A DNA stretch of 64,000 bases from an uncultured Bacilli bacterium (GCA_947586205.1 CANPXO010000002.1:397-64396); one strand, 5' to 3'; shown: positions 9,201 to 19,496, numbered from the stretch's first letter. The notes: generated by a model not told the origin, from the letters alone. Program-made: numbers and translations.

Positions 9201-9344
9201 ATCAATAACCTCCTCATATCTAATAATTATTATATCCAAAAAATATGAATGCAACAACAGGAAATTGAAACCTCTAACAATAATCAAAAAATATCGAGCT
9301 ATATAAATAACAGGTCTTATAATTCAAAAGTCATTAGAAAAAAA

Positions 9345-9623
9345 CTATTCTTCAAATAACTTATCAATGCTAACATCTAACACTTTAGCAATTTTATAAA
9401 CAGAGTATAGGGAATATGCTCTTTTTCCTTTGGTAGATTCTACACGTCTTACAAATTCATTAGATAGATCCGCATAATGAGCTAGGGCTTCTTGAGTTAA
9501 GCCTTTTTCTTTTCGATATTTTATAATATTCTTTACAATCGTTTCATTTATATTTTCGTTAAAATTAAAATCTTTTGGTTCATAAATTTTCATCAAAACA
9601 ATGTTCCTTTCTTTAAAAAACAT
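9345..9623 (-). CDS. XRE-family helix-turn-helix transcriptional regulator
   Basis: IKYRKEKGLTQEALAHYADLSNEFVRRVESTKG...IAKVLDVSIDKLF is a typical HTH_3 pattern. An alternative start at 9593 is possible. Transcribed divergently from 9734..11536. Confidence 0.8.
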   Translation of the reverse strand: MFFKERNIVLMKIYEPKDFNFNENINETIVKNIIKYRKEKGLTQEALAHYADLSNEFVRRVESTKGKRAYSLYSVYKIAKVLDVSIDKLFEE

Positions 9624-9672
9624 TCATTAATGTAATACTCTTCATAATTATTTCATAGCAAATTTATAAAAA

Positions 9673-9693
9673 ATGTAGTCACATTGACTACAT
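9673..9693. promoter_or_regulatory. palindromic candidate operator in the divergent promoter region
   Basis: ATGTAGTC-acatt-GACTACAT lies immediately upstream of the extended -10 TGcTATAAT (9697-9705). Confidence 0.5.
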
Positions 9694-9733
9694 TTATGCT
9701 ATAATGAAACCATAAATTAGAAAGAGGTTAAAT

Positions 9734-11536
9734 ATGAAACTAGAAAAATTTAAAGAGAAAGATAATAAAAAGATTGGAGTAATAGTGTTTACATTAATCT
9801 GTTTATTTCTGATATCAGTTGCAATTCTGTATAGAACATTTGCAATCTTTGAAGTGAAAACAAATCAAAATGTGATTAATGGTGAGGTTCAAGATATGGG
9901 AGACTTGAGATTCATGGTATATGTAGGTGATGAACTACAAAAAGATATACCAAATAAAGAGAGTGATTATAGTTTGGATACATCAAAAAGTTACTGTGAA
10001 GATATCACAGATTCCAGTAAAAGAAGTCATATCAGTTGGAACCAAGAAAAATGGAGTATTGAAATCAAAGATATTGGTACAACGAAAACAAAATGTTATT
10101 TATATTTTGATAAATTATATGTAGATAGTACATTAAATGGAGCCATACCAGATTTAGGAAATGAATTAGTAGCTATTACTTTTGATGAAACAAATGGGCA
10201 TGCGTTGAAAGCAGATTTAACAAAAGAATGGTATGACTATTCTAATCAAAAATGGGCCAATGCAGTTATATTAAAGAGTAAAGAAGATTATGAAGTAAAT
10301 GAAGAAATACCGGAAAGTAATATTGAAAGTTACTTTGTATGGATTCCAAGATATGAATATGAAATATGGAATGGGGAAGAAGAAACAAATAAATTTACTG
10401 CAATAGAAGCAGATTTAGGAGTAGTGGAGGATACAACTCAAAAAAAAGAATTAAATCATCAACAAGCAATTAATATAAGATTTGTAAATAAAAATGTGCC
10501 AATTGTAACAGGAAGTACAAAAGGTTCATGGCTTACCCATCCTGCATTTGTATCTTTTGATTGTAATGGATTCTGGGTCGGGAAGTTTGAGACAGGATAT
10601 AATCAAAATGATGATGTTACCAGTTTAGATACAAGTAACTGGACTAGTAAGGAAGCACAAAAAGATGTTATTGCTTCTGATAGAGTTATTATTAAACCCA
10701 ATGTATATAGTTGGAGAGGTATTAGGATAGCTCATGCTTTTTATACTACTTATAATTATAAAAGAGAATTAGATAGTCACATGATGAAAAATATGGAATG
10801 GGGAGCACTGGCTTATTTAGCAAATTCGAAGTATGGTTTATGTAAAAATATTCTCTGTCAAAATATTATGTTTAATAATAATGCAAATTTTGTAACTGGT
10901 TTTGCAGCTAAAAATCAACCAACTTGTGGATATACAGGGAATGATTTAGAATGTCATAAAACTGATAATGCATCTTTAAATAATAATGGTCAATATTCTT
11001 ATAATTACAATGACCCAAATAGTACAAAAGCAAGTACTACAGGAGATTATTATGGAGTATTTGATATGGCTGGTGGAGCTTGGGAATATGTCATGGGAGT
11101 CATGCAAACTAGTGCAAATGATTTAACGCCAACAAGTGGACGCAGCAGTAAATATAATTCTGGTTTTATTGGAAAATACAGTTGTTATAATTGTGATAGT
11201 ACCACTGACTCAGAAACTACTAATGGCTACCCATGGCCAAATTCTAATTACTATGATACTTATAATTATAATACAAAGGATGGTTACTATTTCATTGGAA
11301 AATTTGGTGATGCCACAAAAGAAGTTGGACCATTCTATCTAGTTACTTCTGCTAATTCTTCAAGGAAATCAAGTAGTTTCTATGGTGATATGGCTTATAT
11401 AGTAACAAGTGGTTATCCATGGTTTATTCGTGGTGGAGATTATCTTCATGGTTCTGGAGCTGGTTTGATGGCTTTTAGCAATACTTTCGGTCATGCCCAA
11501 GGATTTTATAGTTTTCGTGTCATTCTTACTCCATAA
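9734..11536 (+). CDS. membrane-anchored protein: family-specific N-terminal module + FGE/SUMF1-like (sulfatase-modifying-factor fold) C-terminal domain
   Basis: The N-terminal 125 aa is homologous to 28808, 30487 and 56873 (MKLxKFKExxNKxIG..TFAIFEVKTNQNVIxGxVQD..SYC..KC.LYF). C-terminal strings NMEWGALAYLANSKYG, YGVFDMAGGAWEYVMG and WFIRGGDY...GFYSFRVIL resemble the FGE-sulfatase signature (EWEYAAR / DMxGNVWEW / RGGSW..GFR). Confidence 0.75.
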   Translation: MKLEKFKEKDNKKIGVIVFTLICLFLISVAILYRTFAIFEVKTNQNVINGEVQDMGDLRFMVYVGDELQKDIPNKESDYSLDTSKSYCEDITDSSKRSHISWNQEKWSIEIKDIGTTKTKCYLYFDKLYVDSTLNGAIPDLGNELVAITFDETNGHALKADLTKEWYDYSNQKWANAVILKSKEDYEVNEEIPESNIESYFVWIPRYEYEIWNGEEETNKFTAIEADLGVVEDTTQKKELNHQQAINIRFVNKNVPIVTGSTKGSWLTHPAFVSFDCNGFWVGKFETGYNQNDDVTSLDTSNWTSKEAQKDVIASDRVIIKPNVYSWRGIRIAHAFYTTYNYKRELDSHMMKNMEWGALAYLANSKYGLCKNILCQNIMFNNNANFVTGFAAKNQPTCGYTGNDLECHKTDNASLNNNGQYSYNYNDPNSTKASTTGDYYGVFDMAGGAWEYVMGVMQTSANDLTPTSGRSSKYNSGFIGKYSCYNCDSTTDSETTNGYPWPNSNYYDTYNYNTKDGYYFIGKFGDATKEVGPFYLVTSANSSRKSSSFYGDMAYIVTSGYPWFIRGGDYLHGSGAGLMAFSNTFGHAQGFYSFRVILTP

Positions 11537-11662
11537 TTTAATATATCGAAAATAATCATAAATGAAATTTAATCACCATCTAAAAATATTTTTTGATTTT
11601 CTAAAGACAAAAATCTATTCTTATGATAAAATGATATTGACTTAAAATTAGAAGGTGGTATT

Positions 11663-12448
11663 ATGGCAAAAATTATTTCATTAGTAAATCAAAAAGGTGG
11701 TGTTGGAAAGACTACAACAAGTATTAATCTCGCCGCAGCATTAGGAAAAGAAAATAAAAAAACTTTATTAATAGATTTAGACCCTCAAGGAAATGCATCG
11801 AGTGGACTTGGGTTAAATAATAATGACTTTGAAAACGATATCTATGATGTTATCACAGGTGTTTGTCCCATTAAAAGTGCAATTATTAAAACTAAATTTA
11901 AAAATTTATCCATTATCCCAGCAACAATTAATCTTGCTGGTGTTGATGTAGAATTTGTGAAAAAAATGCTTGAAGACAACACATTTCATCAGAATGAACA
12001 ACTAAGAAATGCAGTTGCAGAAATCAAAGATAACTATGATTACATCATCATTGATTGTCAACCATCTTTAGGAATATCAACTATGAATGCTTTAGTTGCA
12101 AGTGACTCAGTAATCATTCCTGTACAATGTGAATATTTTGCTCTAGAAGGAATTACTCAACTTTTAAATTCAATCATTTTAGTTCAATCAAACATGAATC
12201 CCGACTTAAGAATTGAAGGTGTGTTACTTACCATGTTAGATGGAAGAACCAACATTGGATTAGAAATCATTGAAGAAGTAAGAAAATGTTTTAAATCAAA
12301 AGTATTCAATACCATTATTCCTCGACTTGTTCGTTTAGTAGAAGCACCAAGCCACGGAAAACCTATTAGTGATTATGACCCCACCAGTCGAGCTACACTT
12401 GCTTACGAAAATTTAGCAAAGGAAGTGATTAGTCGAAATGGAGACTAA
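11663..12448 (+). CDS. parA: chromosome partitioning ATPase ParA/Soj
   Basis: Deviant Walker A NQKGGVGKTTTSINLA. DLDPQGN, IIIDCQPSLG. Followed by parB. Confidence 0.93.
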   Translation: MAKIISLVNQKGGVGKTTTSINLAAALGKENKKTLLIDLDPQGNASSGLGLNNNDFENDIYDVITGVCPIKSAIIKTKFKNLSIIPATINLAGVDVEFVKKMLEDNTFHQNEQLRNAVAEIKDNYDYIIIDCQPSLGISTMNALVASDSVIIPVQCEYFALEGITQLLNSIILVQSNMNPDLRIEGVLLTMLDGRTNIGLEIIEEVRKCFKSKVFNTIIPRLVRLVEAPSHGKPISDYDPTSRATLAYENLAKEVISRNGD

Positions 12449-13325
12449 AAGAAAAGCTTTAGGAAAGGGCTTAGAACAACTCTTTTCCAATGAAGTCATT
12501 AATTTTGAAAACTTTGAAAAAGACATTGTATCCAGTGCCAAGAAAAGTGATATTTTAGAAGTAAAACTTGATGAGATTCGCAGCAATCCTTACCAACCAC
12601 GAAAAACGTTTAACGAAGAATCTTTACAAGAAATGGCCGAGTCTATCAAAGAACATGGAATCATCCAACCAGTTATTTTGAAAAAATCAATTAAAGGATA
12701 TGAACTAATTGCAGGTGAGAGAAGAACTCGTGCAGCACGTCTAGCTGGTTTAGAAACAATTCCAGCGATTATTCGTGATTTTAATGATCAAGAAATGATG
12801 GAAGTTGCTCTTCTAGAAAACATTCAAAGAGAAGATTTAAACCCAATTGAAGAAGCTCAAGCATACCAAAATATCATTAATCTAGAAAAATTTACCCAAG
12901 AAGAATTTGCTAAAAAATTTGGAAAAAGTAGAAGTTATGTTACCAATATGTTAGGCCTTTTAAAATTACCAGAAAATGTGAAAGAATCTGTAAAAAAGAA
13001 AAATTTGAGTATGGGCCATGCACGAGCTTTAAGTAAACTAGAAGATAATGAAAAAGTAGAAGACCTTGCTGACTTAGTCGTGAAAGAATCTCTAAGTGTA
13101 AGAAAACTAGAAGAAATCATTCAAGAAGAAAACTTACCAAAAAAACAAACACAAGTAAGAACTCATGAAACCAAAAACATTCGTGCATCTATTTATGAAC
13201 GTTTAATGAGAGAAAAAGTAGGAACAAAAGTTAAAATCAATGCTAAAAAAATAGAAATTCCTTATGATTCAGAAAAAGATTTAGAAAGAATACTTGAAAT
13301 TTTAGGAATTAGAATTGAGGAATAA
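12438..13325 (+). CDS. parB: chromosome partitioning protein ParB/Spo0J
   Basis: ParB-box motifs NPYQPRK and IAGERRTRAA, plus an HTH region. Overlaps the parA stop. Confidence 0.93.
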   Translation: METKRKALGKGLEQLFSNEVINFENFEKDIVSSAKKSDILEVKLDEIRSNPYQPRKTFNEESLQEMAESIKEHGIIQPVILKKSIKGYELIAGERRTRAARLAGLETIPAIIRDFNDQEMMEVALLENIQREDLNPIEEAQAYQNIINLEKFTQEEFAKKFGKSRSYVTNMLGLLKLPENVKESVKKKNLSMGHARALSKLEDNEKVEDLADLVVKESLSVRKLEEIIQEENLPKKQTQVRTHETKNIRASIYERLMREKVGTKVKINAKKIEIPYDSEKDLERILEILGIRIEE

Positions 13326-13326
13326 T

Positions 13327-14130
13327 ATGAAAGAAATTCTTGCTTTTCTATTAGATGAAAAAATAGTAACATCTGTGATTATTCTTGTTCTTGCCATCGT
13401 GGTTTCCAGGTTTTCTTGCTTTTTTATCAAAAAAATATTAAATCGAGGACATTCCAAAGACCAAAAGAAAAGAACAACTATCATGGAGTTATTTGCAAAA
13501 ATTATCAAATTCTTTATCTATGCCATCGCGATTATGATGATTCTAAACAAATTTGGAATTGATACCAATGGAATTCTTGCTTCTTTAGGAATTGCTGGAG
13601 TAGTTTTAGGTCTTGCTTTACAAGATACTGCTCAAGACTTAATGGGTGGAATCACAATCATTTTAGATAACTATTATTCTATTGGTGATTACATTAAAGT
13701 GAATGGTTTTGAAGGAACCGTTGTCGATATCTCTTTAAAAAGTACCAAAATCAAATCAGTAACAGGTGAGATTTATACTTTTGCCAATCGTAATATGTCT
13801 TCGGTAGAAAACTATTCTCAAAATGATGCCGGAGTTCTACTTGAAATTCCAACTGCTTATGAAGAAGAAACAAAGAAGGTAGAGGATGCCTTACAAGAAG
13901 TCATTAAAGAAAGCATCAAAGAAAAACTCATCTTTGATAATTCCGGTTATTTAGGAATAAATTCTCTTGACTCATCATCTATAAATTATGCTATAATAGT
14001 TTACTGTAAATCAGCCAATCGTTGGAGTACAAAAAGAATGATGTTAAAAAAAATAAAAGAGAAGTATGAAGAAAAAAATATCAAAATTCCATACAATCAG
14101 ATTGAGGTGCATAATGGAAAAGAAATATAA
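13327..14130 (+). CDS. small-conductance mechanosensitive channel (MscS family)
   Basis: TM segments followed by LGIAGVVLGLALQDTAQDLMGGITIILDNYYSIGDYIKVNGFEGTVVDISLKSTKI. ATG at 13327 follows GAGGA. Confidence 0.85.
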   Translation: MKEILAFLLDEKIVTSVIILVLAIVVSRFSCFFIKKILNRGHSKDQKKRTTIMELFAKIIKFFIYAIAIMMILNKFGIDTNGILASLGIAGVVLGLALQDTAQDLMGGITIILDNYYSIGDYIKVNGFEGTVVDISLKSTKIKSVTGEIYTFANRNMSSVENYSQNDAGVLLEIPTAYEEETKKVEDALQEVIKESIKEKLIFDNSGYLGINSLDSSSINYAIIVYCKSANRWSTKRMMLKKIKEKYEEKNIKIPYNQIEVHNGKEI

Positions 14131-14308
14131 ACTAAATGACCATGTTATCATGAAAAAGCCGCATGCTTGCAAGACAAACGAATGGGTCATTACTAGAGTA
14201 GGGGTAGATATCAAATTAAAATGTCTAAACTGTGGACGTGAAGTGATGTTAGACCGTCTAGAGTTTGAACGAAAGTTGAAAAAAATAATAGGTGATACAA
14301 ATGAGTAA
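14114..14308 (+). CDS. DUF951-family small protein (YyzM-like)
   Basis: MEKKYKLNDHVIMKKPHACKTNEWVITRVGVDIKLKCLNCGREVMLDR. The HAC...C-x2-C pattern and position upstream of ychF match the Bacillus yyzM neighbourhood. ATG at 14114 follows GAGGTG. Confidence 0.7.
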   Translation: MEKKYKLNDHVIMKKPHACKTNEWVITRVGVDIKLKCLNCGREVMLDRLEFERKLKKIIGDTNE

Positions 14309-15839
14309 AATGAAAGAAAAAATAACATTACATCCAATCATGACCTTTATGGTTTTAATTGTCGTGACGATTTTATTAAGTGGAATCTTAAATTTATTAG
14401 ATTTTGAAACAGAAGTTTATCATGTAAATTCAACAACTTTAGAATATTCAAGAGAACTAGTTAGTGTGGATAACCTATTAAGTTTAGAGGGACTAAAATA
14501 CATCTTCTCTGATACGGTTGCAAACTTTGTTGGTTTTACTCCACTAAGTACTTTAATTATTATCTTAATCGGTATTGGTGTTATGGAAAAGAGTGGTTTT
14601 TTAAAAACAGCTATTACTTGTGTAACCAAGAAAATGAAGAAAAACACGGTGACATTCTTACTTATTTTTGGAAGTATCTTCGCGAGTGTCTTTGGTGATT
14701 TAACTTATGTTGCTATACTTCCAGTGAGTGCTTTAATCTTTAAATATGGTAAGCGAAATCCTCTCATAGGAGTCGTCGCCGCCTTTGCAGGACTCACCTG
14801 TGGACAAGGGCTTTCGGTGATATTCACAAGTGTGGATAGTTCCCTTCTTAGTTTGTCGCTTGTATCAGCAAGAGTGATTGATATAGGATATCGAATGGCA
14901 TCTATAAGTGGAGTCTTCATCATGTTAGTCGCTGTGTTACTTCTTGCCGCGGTTCTTACATCATTAACCGAAAAATATATTGCACCGAAGTTTGGTAAAT
15001 ATGAAGTAGAGGAAGAAGAAGAGATTGAAGAAAGACCTTTAAATAAAAGAGAAACAAGAGGACTTGTTTTTGCTGGACTTGCTGCTGGTGTCTATGTCTT
15101 AATTTTCCTTTATAATATTATTCCAGGACTTCCATTCTCAGGAAATCTCTTAGACAACAGCCAAACACTTTATGTTGATAAGCTATTTAGTTACAATTCA
15201 TTCTTCTCTAATGGCTTTGTCTTTATCGTTACCATCTTCTTTATCATTTTAGGTTTATTCTATGGACTTGGTGCCAGAAACATCAAAAATCATAAAGAAT
15301 TTATAGATATGTTAGGACATTCCTTAGATGGAATTGGAAGAACTTTAGTTTTAATCTTCTTTGCATCTGTATTCATTAGTTTATTTCGAAAAACAAACAT
15401 TGGAACTATTATAGTTGGCTATCTTGCGAATATCTTCAGAGTATTAAGCTTCCAAGGTTTACCATTAATTTTACTTTTATTTGTCGTATCTTTATTAGCA
15501 ACGATTGTCTTACCATCATCGATTAGTAAATGGGCTGTTTTATCCCCAGTTGTCATACCAGTATTTATGAATGCTGGAATAAGTCCTGAATTTGTTCAAG
15601 TGATTTTCCGTTTTGGTGAATCAGTCACGATGGGACTTACTCCATTGATGGCTTACTTTGTGGTATATTTAGCCATGTTAAATCTATATGCAAAAGAAGA
15701 TGATACGATTGGTCTTTTTAAAGCTATTCGTTTCCAAGTACCTTATGCTGTTGTTACTTGTATCACTTTAGTAGCAATTTTAGTATTGTGGTATGTCGTT
15801 GGTTTACCATTAGGAATTAATGGTATCACTGTATTATAA
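14301..15839 (+). CDS. AbgT-family transporter (p-aminobenzoyl-glutamate transporter-like)
   Basis: About 510 aa polytopic membrane protein. The N-terminus (..LHPIMTFMVLIVVTILLSGILN) and length resemble AbgT/MtrF. ATG at 14301 follows AGGTGA. Confidence 0.7.
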   Translation: MSKMKEKITLHPIMTFMVLIVVTILLSGILNLLDFETEVYHVNSTTLEYSRELVSVDNLLSLEGLKYIFSDTVANFVGFTPLSTLIIILIGIGVMEKSGFLKTAITCVTKKMKKNTVTFLLIFGSIFASVFGDLTYVAILPVSALIFKYGKRNPLIGVVAAFAGLTCGQGLSVIFTSVDSSLLSLSLVSARVIDIGYRMASISGVFIMLVAVLLLAAVLTSLTEKYIAPKFGKYEVEEEEEIEERPLNKRETRGLVFAGLAAGVYVLIFLYNIIPGLPFSGNLLDNSQTLYVDKLFSYNSFFSNGFVFIVTIFFIILGLFYGLGARNIKNHKEFIDMLGHSLDGIGRTLVLIFFASVFISLFRKTNIGTIIVGYLANIFRVLSFQGLPLILLLFVVSLLATIVLPSSISKWAVLSPVVIPVFMNAGISPEFVQVIFRFGESVTMGLTPLMAYFVVYLAMLNLYAKEDDTIGLFKAIRFQVPYAVVTCITLVAILVLWYVVGLPLGINGITVL

Positions 15840-15859
15840 TTAGAAAGAGGGTTTGTTAT

Positions 15860-16960
15860 ATGTCATTAAAAGCAGGTATTGTAGGACTTCCTAATGTCGG
15901 AAAATCTACACTTTTCAATGCGATTACCAAAAAACACATTTTAGCCGCGAATTATCCGTTTGCAACCATTGATCCAAATGTCGGAGTCGTCACAGTTCCA
16001 GATTCAAGACTAGAATTTCTAGAAAGTCTTTATATTCCAAAGAGTACAGTGCCTACAACATTTGAGTTTACAGACATTGCTGGATTAGTAGAAGGTGCAA
16101 GTAAAGGAGAAGGTTTAGGAAATAAATTCTTATCTCATATCCGTGAAGTAGATTCCATTGTTGAAGTCGTTCGGTGTTTTAAAGATGAAAACATTATTCA
16201 TGTAAGCGGTAGTATTGACCCTGTACGTGATATGGAAATTATTAATGTAGAATTAGTTTTATCTGATTTAGAAATCATTGAAAGCAGGTTAGAAAAGATT
16301 GCCAAGAAAGCCGCGACTACCAAAGAAAAAGAAACGGTTTTAGAATATGAAACTTTAGTAAAATGTAAAGAGTCTTTACTTAAAAATGAACCAATTCGTC
16401 ATTTAGATTTAACTGAAGAAGAAAGTCTTGTGATTAAAAACTTTAGTTTTATTACCGCTAAGCCTATCATCTATGTCGCGAATGTAAATGAATCAGATGC
16501 TGTTTTAGGAAAAAATGAATACACAGAGCAAGTAAGTGCTTATGCAGAGAAAGAACATGCAAGTGTCATTGTCATGTGTGCCAAGATGGAAAGTGAACTT
16601 TCTGAGTTAGAAGAAAGCGAGAAAAAAGAATTTTTGAGTGAAGTCGGTATTCCTTATAGCGGGTTAGATAAACTTATTTTTGCAACGTATGACTTACTTG
16701 GACTTCAAACATTTTTCACAGCTGGAAAAGATGAATGCCGAGCATGGACATTTAAAAAAGGAATGAATGCCAAGAAATGTGCCGGACTTATTCACAGCGA
16801 TATTGAACGTGGTTTTATCAAAGCAGAGATTATGAAATACAATGACTTAGAAGAATTAAAAGATGAGAAAAAAGTTCAAGAAGCTGGAAAATTATATATT
16901 GAAGGAAAAGATTACTTAATGCAAGATGGAGACATTGTCTATTTTAGATTTAATGTCTAA
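15860..16960 (+). CDS. ychF: ribosome-binding ATPase YchF
   Basis: G1 GIVGLPNVGKSTLFNA, DIAGLVEGASKGEGLGNKFL, and C-terminal TGS-like FFTAGKDECRAWT...IHSDIERGFI. Confidence 0.95.
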   Translation: MSLKAGIVGLPNVGKSTLFNAITKKHILAANYPFATIDPNVGVVTVPDSRLEFLESLYIPKSTVPTTFEFTDIAGLVEGASKGEGLGNKFLSHIREVDSIVEVVRCFKDENIIHVSGSIDPVRDMEIINVELVLSDLEIIESRLEKIAKKAATTKEKETVLEYETLVKCKESLLKNEPIRHLDLTEEESLVIKNFSFITAKPIIYVANVNESDAVLGKNEYTEQVSAYAEKEHASVIVMCAKMESELSELEESEKKEFLSEVGIPYSGLDKLIFATYDLLGLQTFFTAGKDECRAWTFKKGMNAKKCAGLIHSDIERGFIKAEIMKYNDLEELKDEKKVQEAGKLYIEGKDYLMQDGDIVYFRFNV

Positions 16961-17040
16961 TCTTGCTTTTTATTAGCTTTGGAGATAATTTACAAACCTA
17001 CCGAATAATGATATAATAGGACAAGAAAAAGGAGGTTAGT

Positions 17041-17694
17041 ATGGATATAAAAGTTTTAATGTCAAAAGTTTTTGGTTGGATGTTTATAGGTTTAATGATA
17101 ACATTCGTAACAGGTATTGTTGTTGCATTAAATCCAAACATGATTATGAATGTATTTGCTTCAGGGTGGTTATGGGTTTTATTAATTGCTGAACTTGTTC
17201 TTGTAATTGTCTTATCAGCGCGCATCACAAAAATGAAACCTGTGTCAGCAAAAATTTGTTTTGCATTATATGCCTTTGTAAGTGGACTTACATTTTCAAG
17301 TTATTTCATTGTTTATGATTTACAATCCATTATTTATGTATTCTTAATTGCAGCAGTCTTGTTTGGAGTATTCGCACTTATTGGTTTTACAACCAAAATG
17401 GATTTAAGTAGATTTGGAACATTATTGTTCATGGCATTAATTGGCGTATTACTATGTTTCGTGGTAAATATCTTTACCCAAAATAGTACAGTGGAATTAG
17501 TTGCAACAATTATTTCGGTTATTGTCTTTATTGGATTTACAGCTTATGATACTCAAAAAATAAAATGTCTTGCAGACTCAGGACTTCCAGAAGATAACTT
17601 AGCTATTTATGGTGCATTACAATTATACTTAGATTTCATTAATTTATTTATAGATTTATTAAGAATATTTGGAAATAGTAACAGTAATGATTAA
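17041..17694 (+). CDS. BAX inhibitor-1/YccA-family membrane protein
   Basis: Seven predicted TM segments, with the characteristic FTAYDTQKIK and YLDFINLF C-terminal motifs. Confidence 0.85.
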   Translation: MDIKVLMSKVFGWMFIGLMITFVTGIVVALNPNMIMNVFASGWLWVLLIAELVLVIVLSARITKMKPVSAKICFALYAFVSGLTFSSYFIVYDLQSIIYVFLIAAVLFGVFALIGFTTKMDLSRFGTLLFMALIGVLLCFVVNIFTQNSTVELVATIISVIVFIGFTAYDTQKIKCLADSGLPEDNLAIYGALQLYLDFINLFIDLLRIFGNSNSND

Positions 17695-17737
17695 GGTGCC
17701 AAAAAGCATCTTTTCTTATGATTAAATTTAAGCTATA

Positions 17738-18472
17738 ATGAAATTGGAGATGAAAATTATGTTTTATATAATTCTAATTTTTCACATATTTATTTATATT
17801 GAAATTTTTACTTTAATGAAAAAGAAATTAAGAAAAACTGGAATAGTTCTTTTTGGCTTAAATTTAATTATGACAATCATAAATTTAATTGCCTTATCAA
17901 AAACATTTGGCATTCCTTATTCTTCCATCGTTTATTTAAAAGAAGAATTAAAGCTGCATCCAATTGCTAATATCTTATGGATCATATTAAATGGTCTTCT
18001 CATTCTTTATTTATGGTATGCAATCAAATTAGCAAGCAAAAAGCAAAAACAAGAAAAAATTTTAAAATATATTTTCTACATATACACTTTTATCATGTGT
18101 TATATTCCTGTGTTAACAGTAGTTCCGAAGCTATCTCTTCAAATTACATTTGCTTTATTAATAGCATTCTTAATCATCAATATAAGGAATTTTTTGAAAA
18201 CAAAACAGAATTACCCTATTTTTATATCCATTCTTATGGTATTTCTTCTAGGCTATTTTTATTGTACCAAGATTGGTTCAGCCAAATTATCCCTAATTTT
18301 AGGAGGCTATCCAATCCAAGCATTTGAAACAGGCTTTGAAGAATTAAAATATTATAAAGAAGGAAATATCACAAAATTTAATCCAATCGAAAAAATTCCA
18401 TTAAAAGATGGTCAAGTGGAAATTATTGAAGTAAAAAATATAGGTTTCATTAAGTTCAGCAAAATAAACTAA
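17738..18472 (+). CDS. polytopic membrane protein, unknown function
   Basis: Long ORF with several hydrophobic segments. The start is uncertain (ATG at 17759 follows GGAG by 9 nt). Confidence 0.5.
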   Translation: MKLEMKIMFYIILIFHIFIYIEIFTLMKKKLRKTGIVLFGLNLIMTIINLIALSKTFGIPYSSIVYLKEELKLHPIANILWIILNGLLILYLWYAIKLASKKQKQEKILKYIFYIYTFIMCYIPVLTVVPKLSLQITFALLIAFLIINIRNFLKTKQNYPIFISILMVFLLGYFYCTKIGSAKLSLILGGYPIQAFETGFEELKYYKEGNITKFNPIEKIPLKDGQVEIIEVKNIGFIKFSKIN

Positions 18473-18545
18473 ATACATACAATTTTGAGTTAAGTTTTAG
18501 AATAGTTGTACAGTGAATTAAATAAAAAAGTTAAAAGGAAGAGTT

Positions 18546-19043
18546 ATGTTAATGAAAAAAAACAAAAACATAGTCATATTAGTTATTATATGTATCATTA
18601 TATTAGCAACAGGAGTAATGATTATCAAAAATCCTATTGTTCACCATTTTTCTATGGATAAATTTACTACCAATATTAATGTTAATAATGCTTTAGAAGC
18701 TTTTAATTTAACTTTTCCTAAATATTTAGATGTGTACTGCGATTATGATAACGGGGAACGTTGTGTGAAATGGGTGTTCACTTTTTCAAAATCAGAAGGT
18801 GAGTACGTTTTAGAACAATTGATTCCAATGAGTCGAGATTTTAATTCTTTTATAAAAGAAATAGAATATATAAAAACTTCTATTCATCCTCCTTACTTTG
18901 AAGATGTTTTATCAGATACAATGATTAATCAAGATAATTATTATATTTTAAGAGAAACAAAGCATAATTATAGAATTATATTATATGATACAAAAACAAA
19001 TCAAATGTATTTGCTATATATTTCTAGAGTGGCAGGAGAGTAG
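18546..19043 (+). CDS. N-terminally anchored hypothetical protein
   Basis: Single N-terminal TM segment. The C-terminal YYILRETKHNYRIILYD..MYLLYIS resembles the next gene. Confidence 0.45.
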   Translation: MLMKKNKNIVILVIICIIILATGVMIIKNPIVHHFSMDKFTTNINVNNALEAFNLTFPKYLDVYCDYDNGERCVKWVFTFSKSEGEYVLEQLIPMSRDFNSFIKEIEYIKTSIHPPYFEDVLSDTMINQDNYYILRETKHNYRIILYDTKTNQMYLLYISRVAGE

Positions 19044-19049
19044 GTATCT

Positions 19050-19496
19050 ATGAAAGAAATATTAAAATATTGTTTGTTGATATTTGCTTGTTTTTTTAGT
19101 GTGATTGTGGCTTTTGCCTTTTTATATAAAGGTGATGATGTCATTTATAATATAGACAAACACTTGAACGCTAAACTACCATTTTTAGATTCATCAAAAA
19201 CTTTATACGAAGATGATCAAATAGCTATCTACTCTTATTCTGTATCTCCTAACGAAGACAAAAATATTACAATGGAATATATTAGAATTAGAAATAGTCA
19301 TAATTTTGAAGAACATTTGTCAAAAATAGAAAGTTATTTTACAGAAGAAGCCCAAAAAGTATTTGATGATGAAATACTACCAGTTTTTGATAACACAGGG
19401 ACTTATTACATATTTTTTGAAGAAAAAAACAATTTGCAGTTTTCTGTTTATGATTATATAAACGCGAAACTTTATTATATTCTGATAAAAATTTAA
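19050..19496 (+). CDS. N-terminally anchored hypothetical protein (distant paralog of 18546..19043)
   Basis: Same architecture as 18546..19043. C-terminal YYIFFEEKNNLQFSVYD..LYYILIK. Confidence 0.45.
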   Translation: MKEILKYCLLIFACFFSVIVAFAFLYKGDDVIYNIDKHLNAKLPFLDSSKTLYEDDQIAIYSYSVSPNEDKNITMEYIRIRNSHNFEEHLSKIESYFTEEAQKVFDDEILPVFDNTGTYYIFFEEKNNLQFSVYDYINAKLYYILIKI

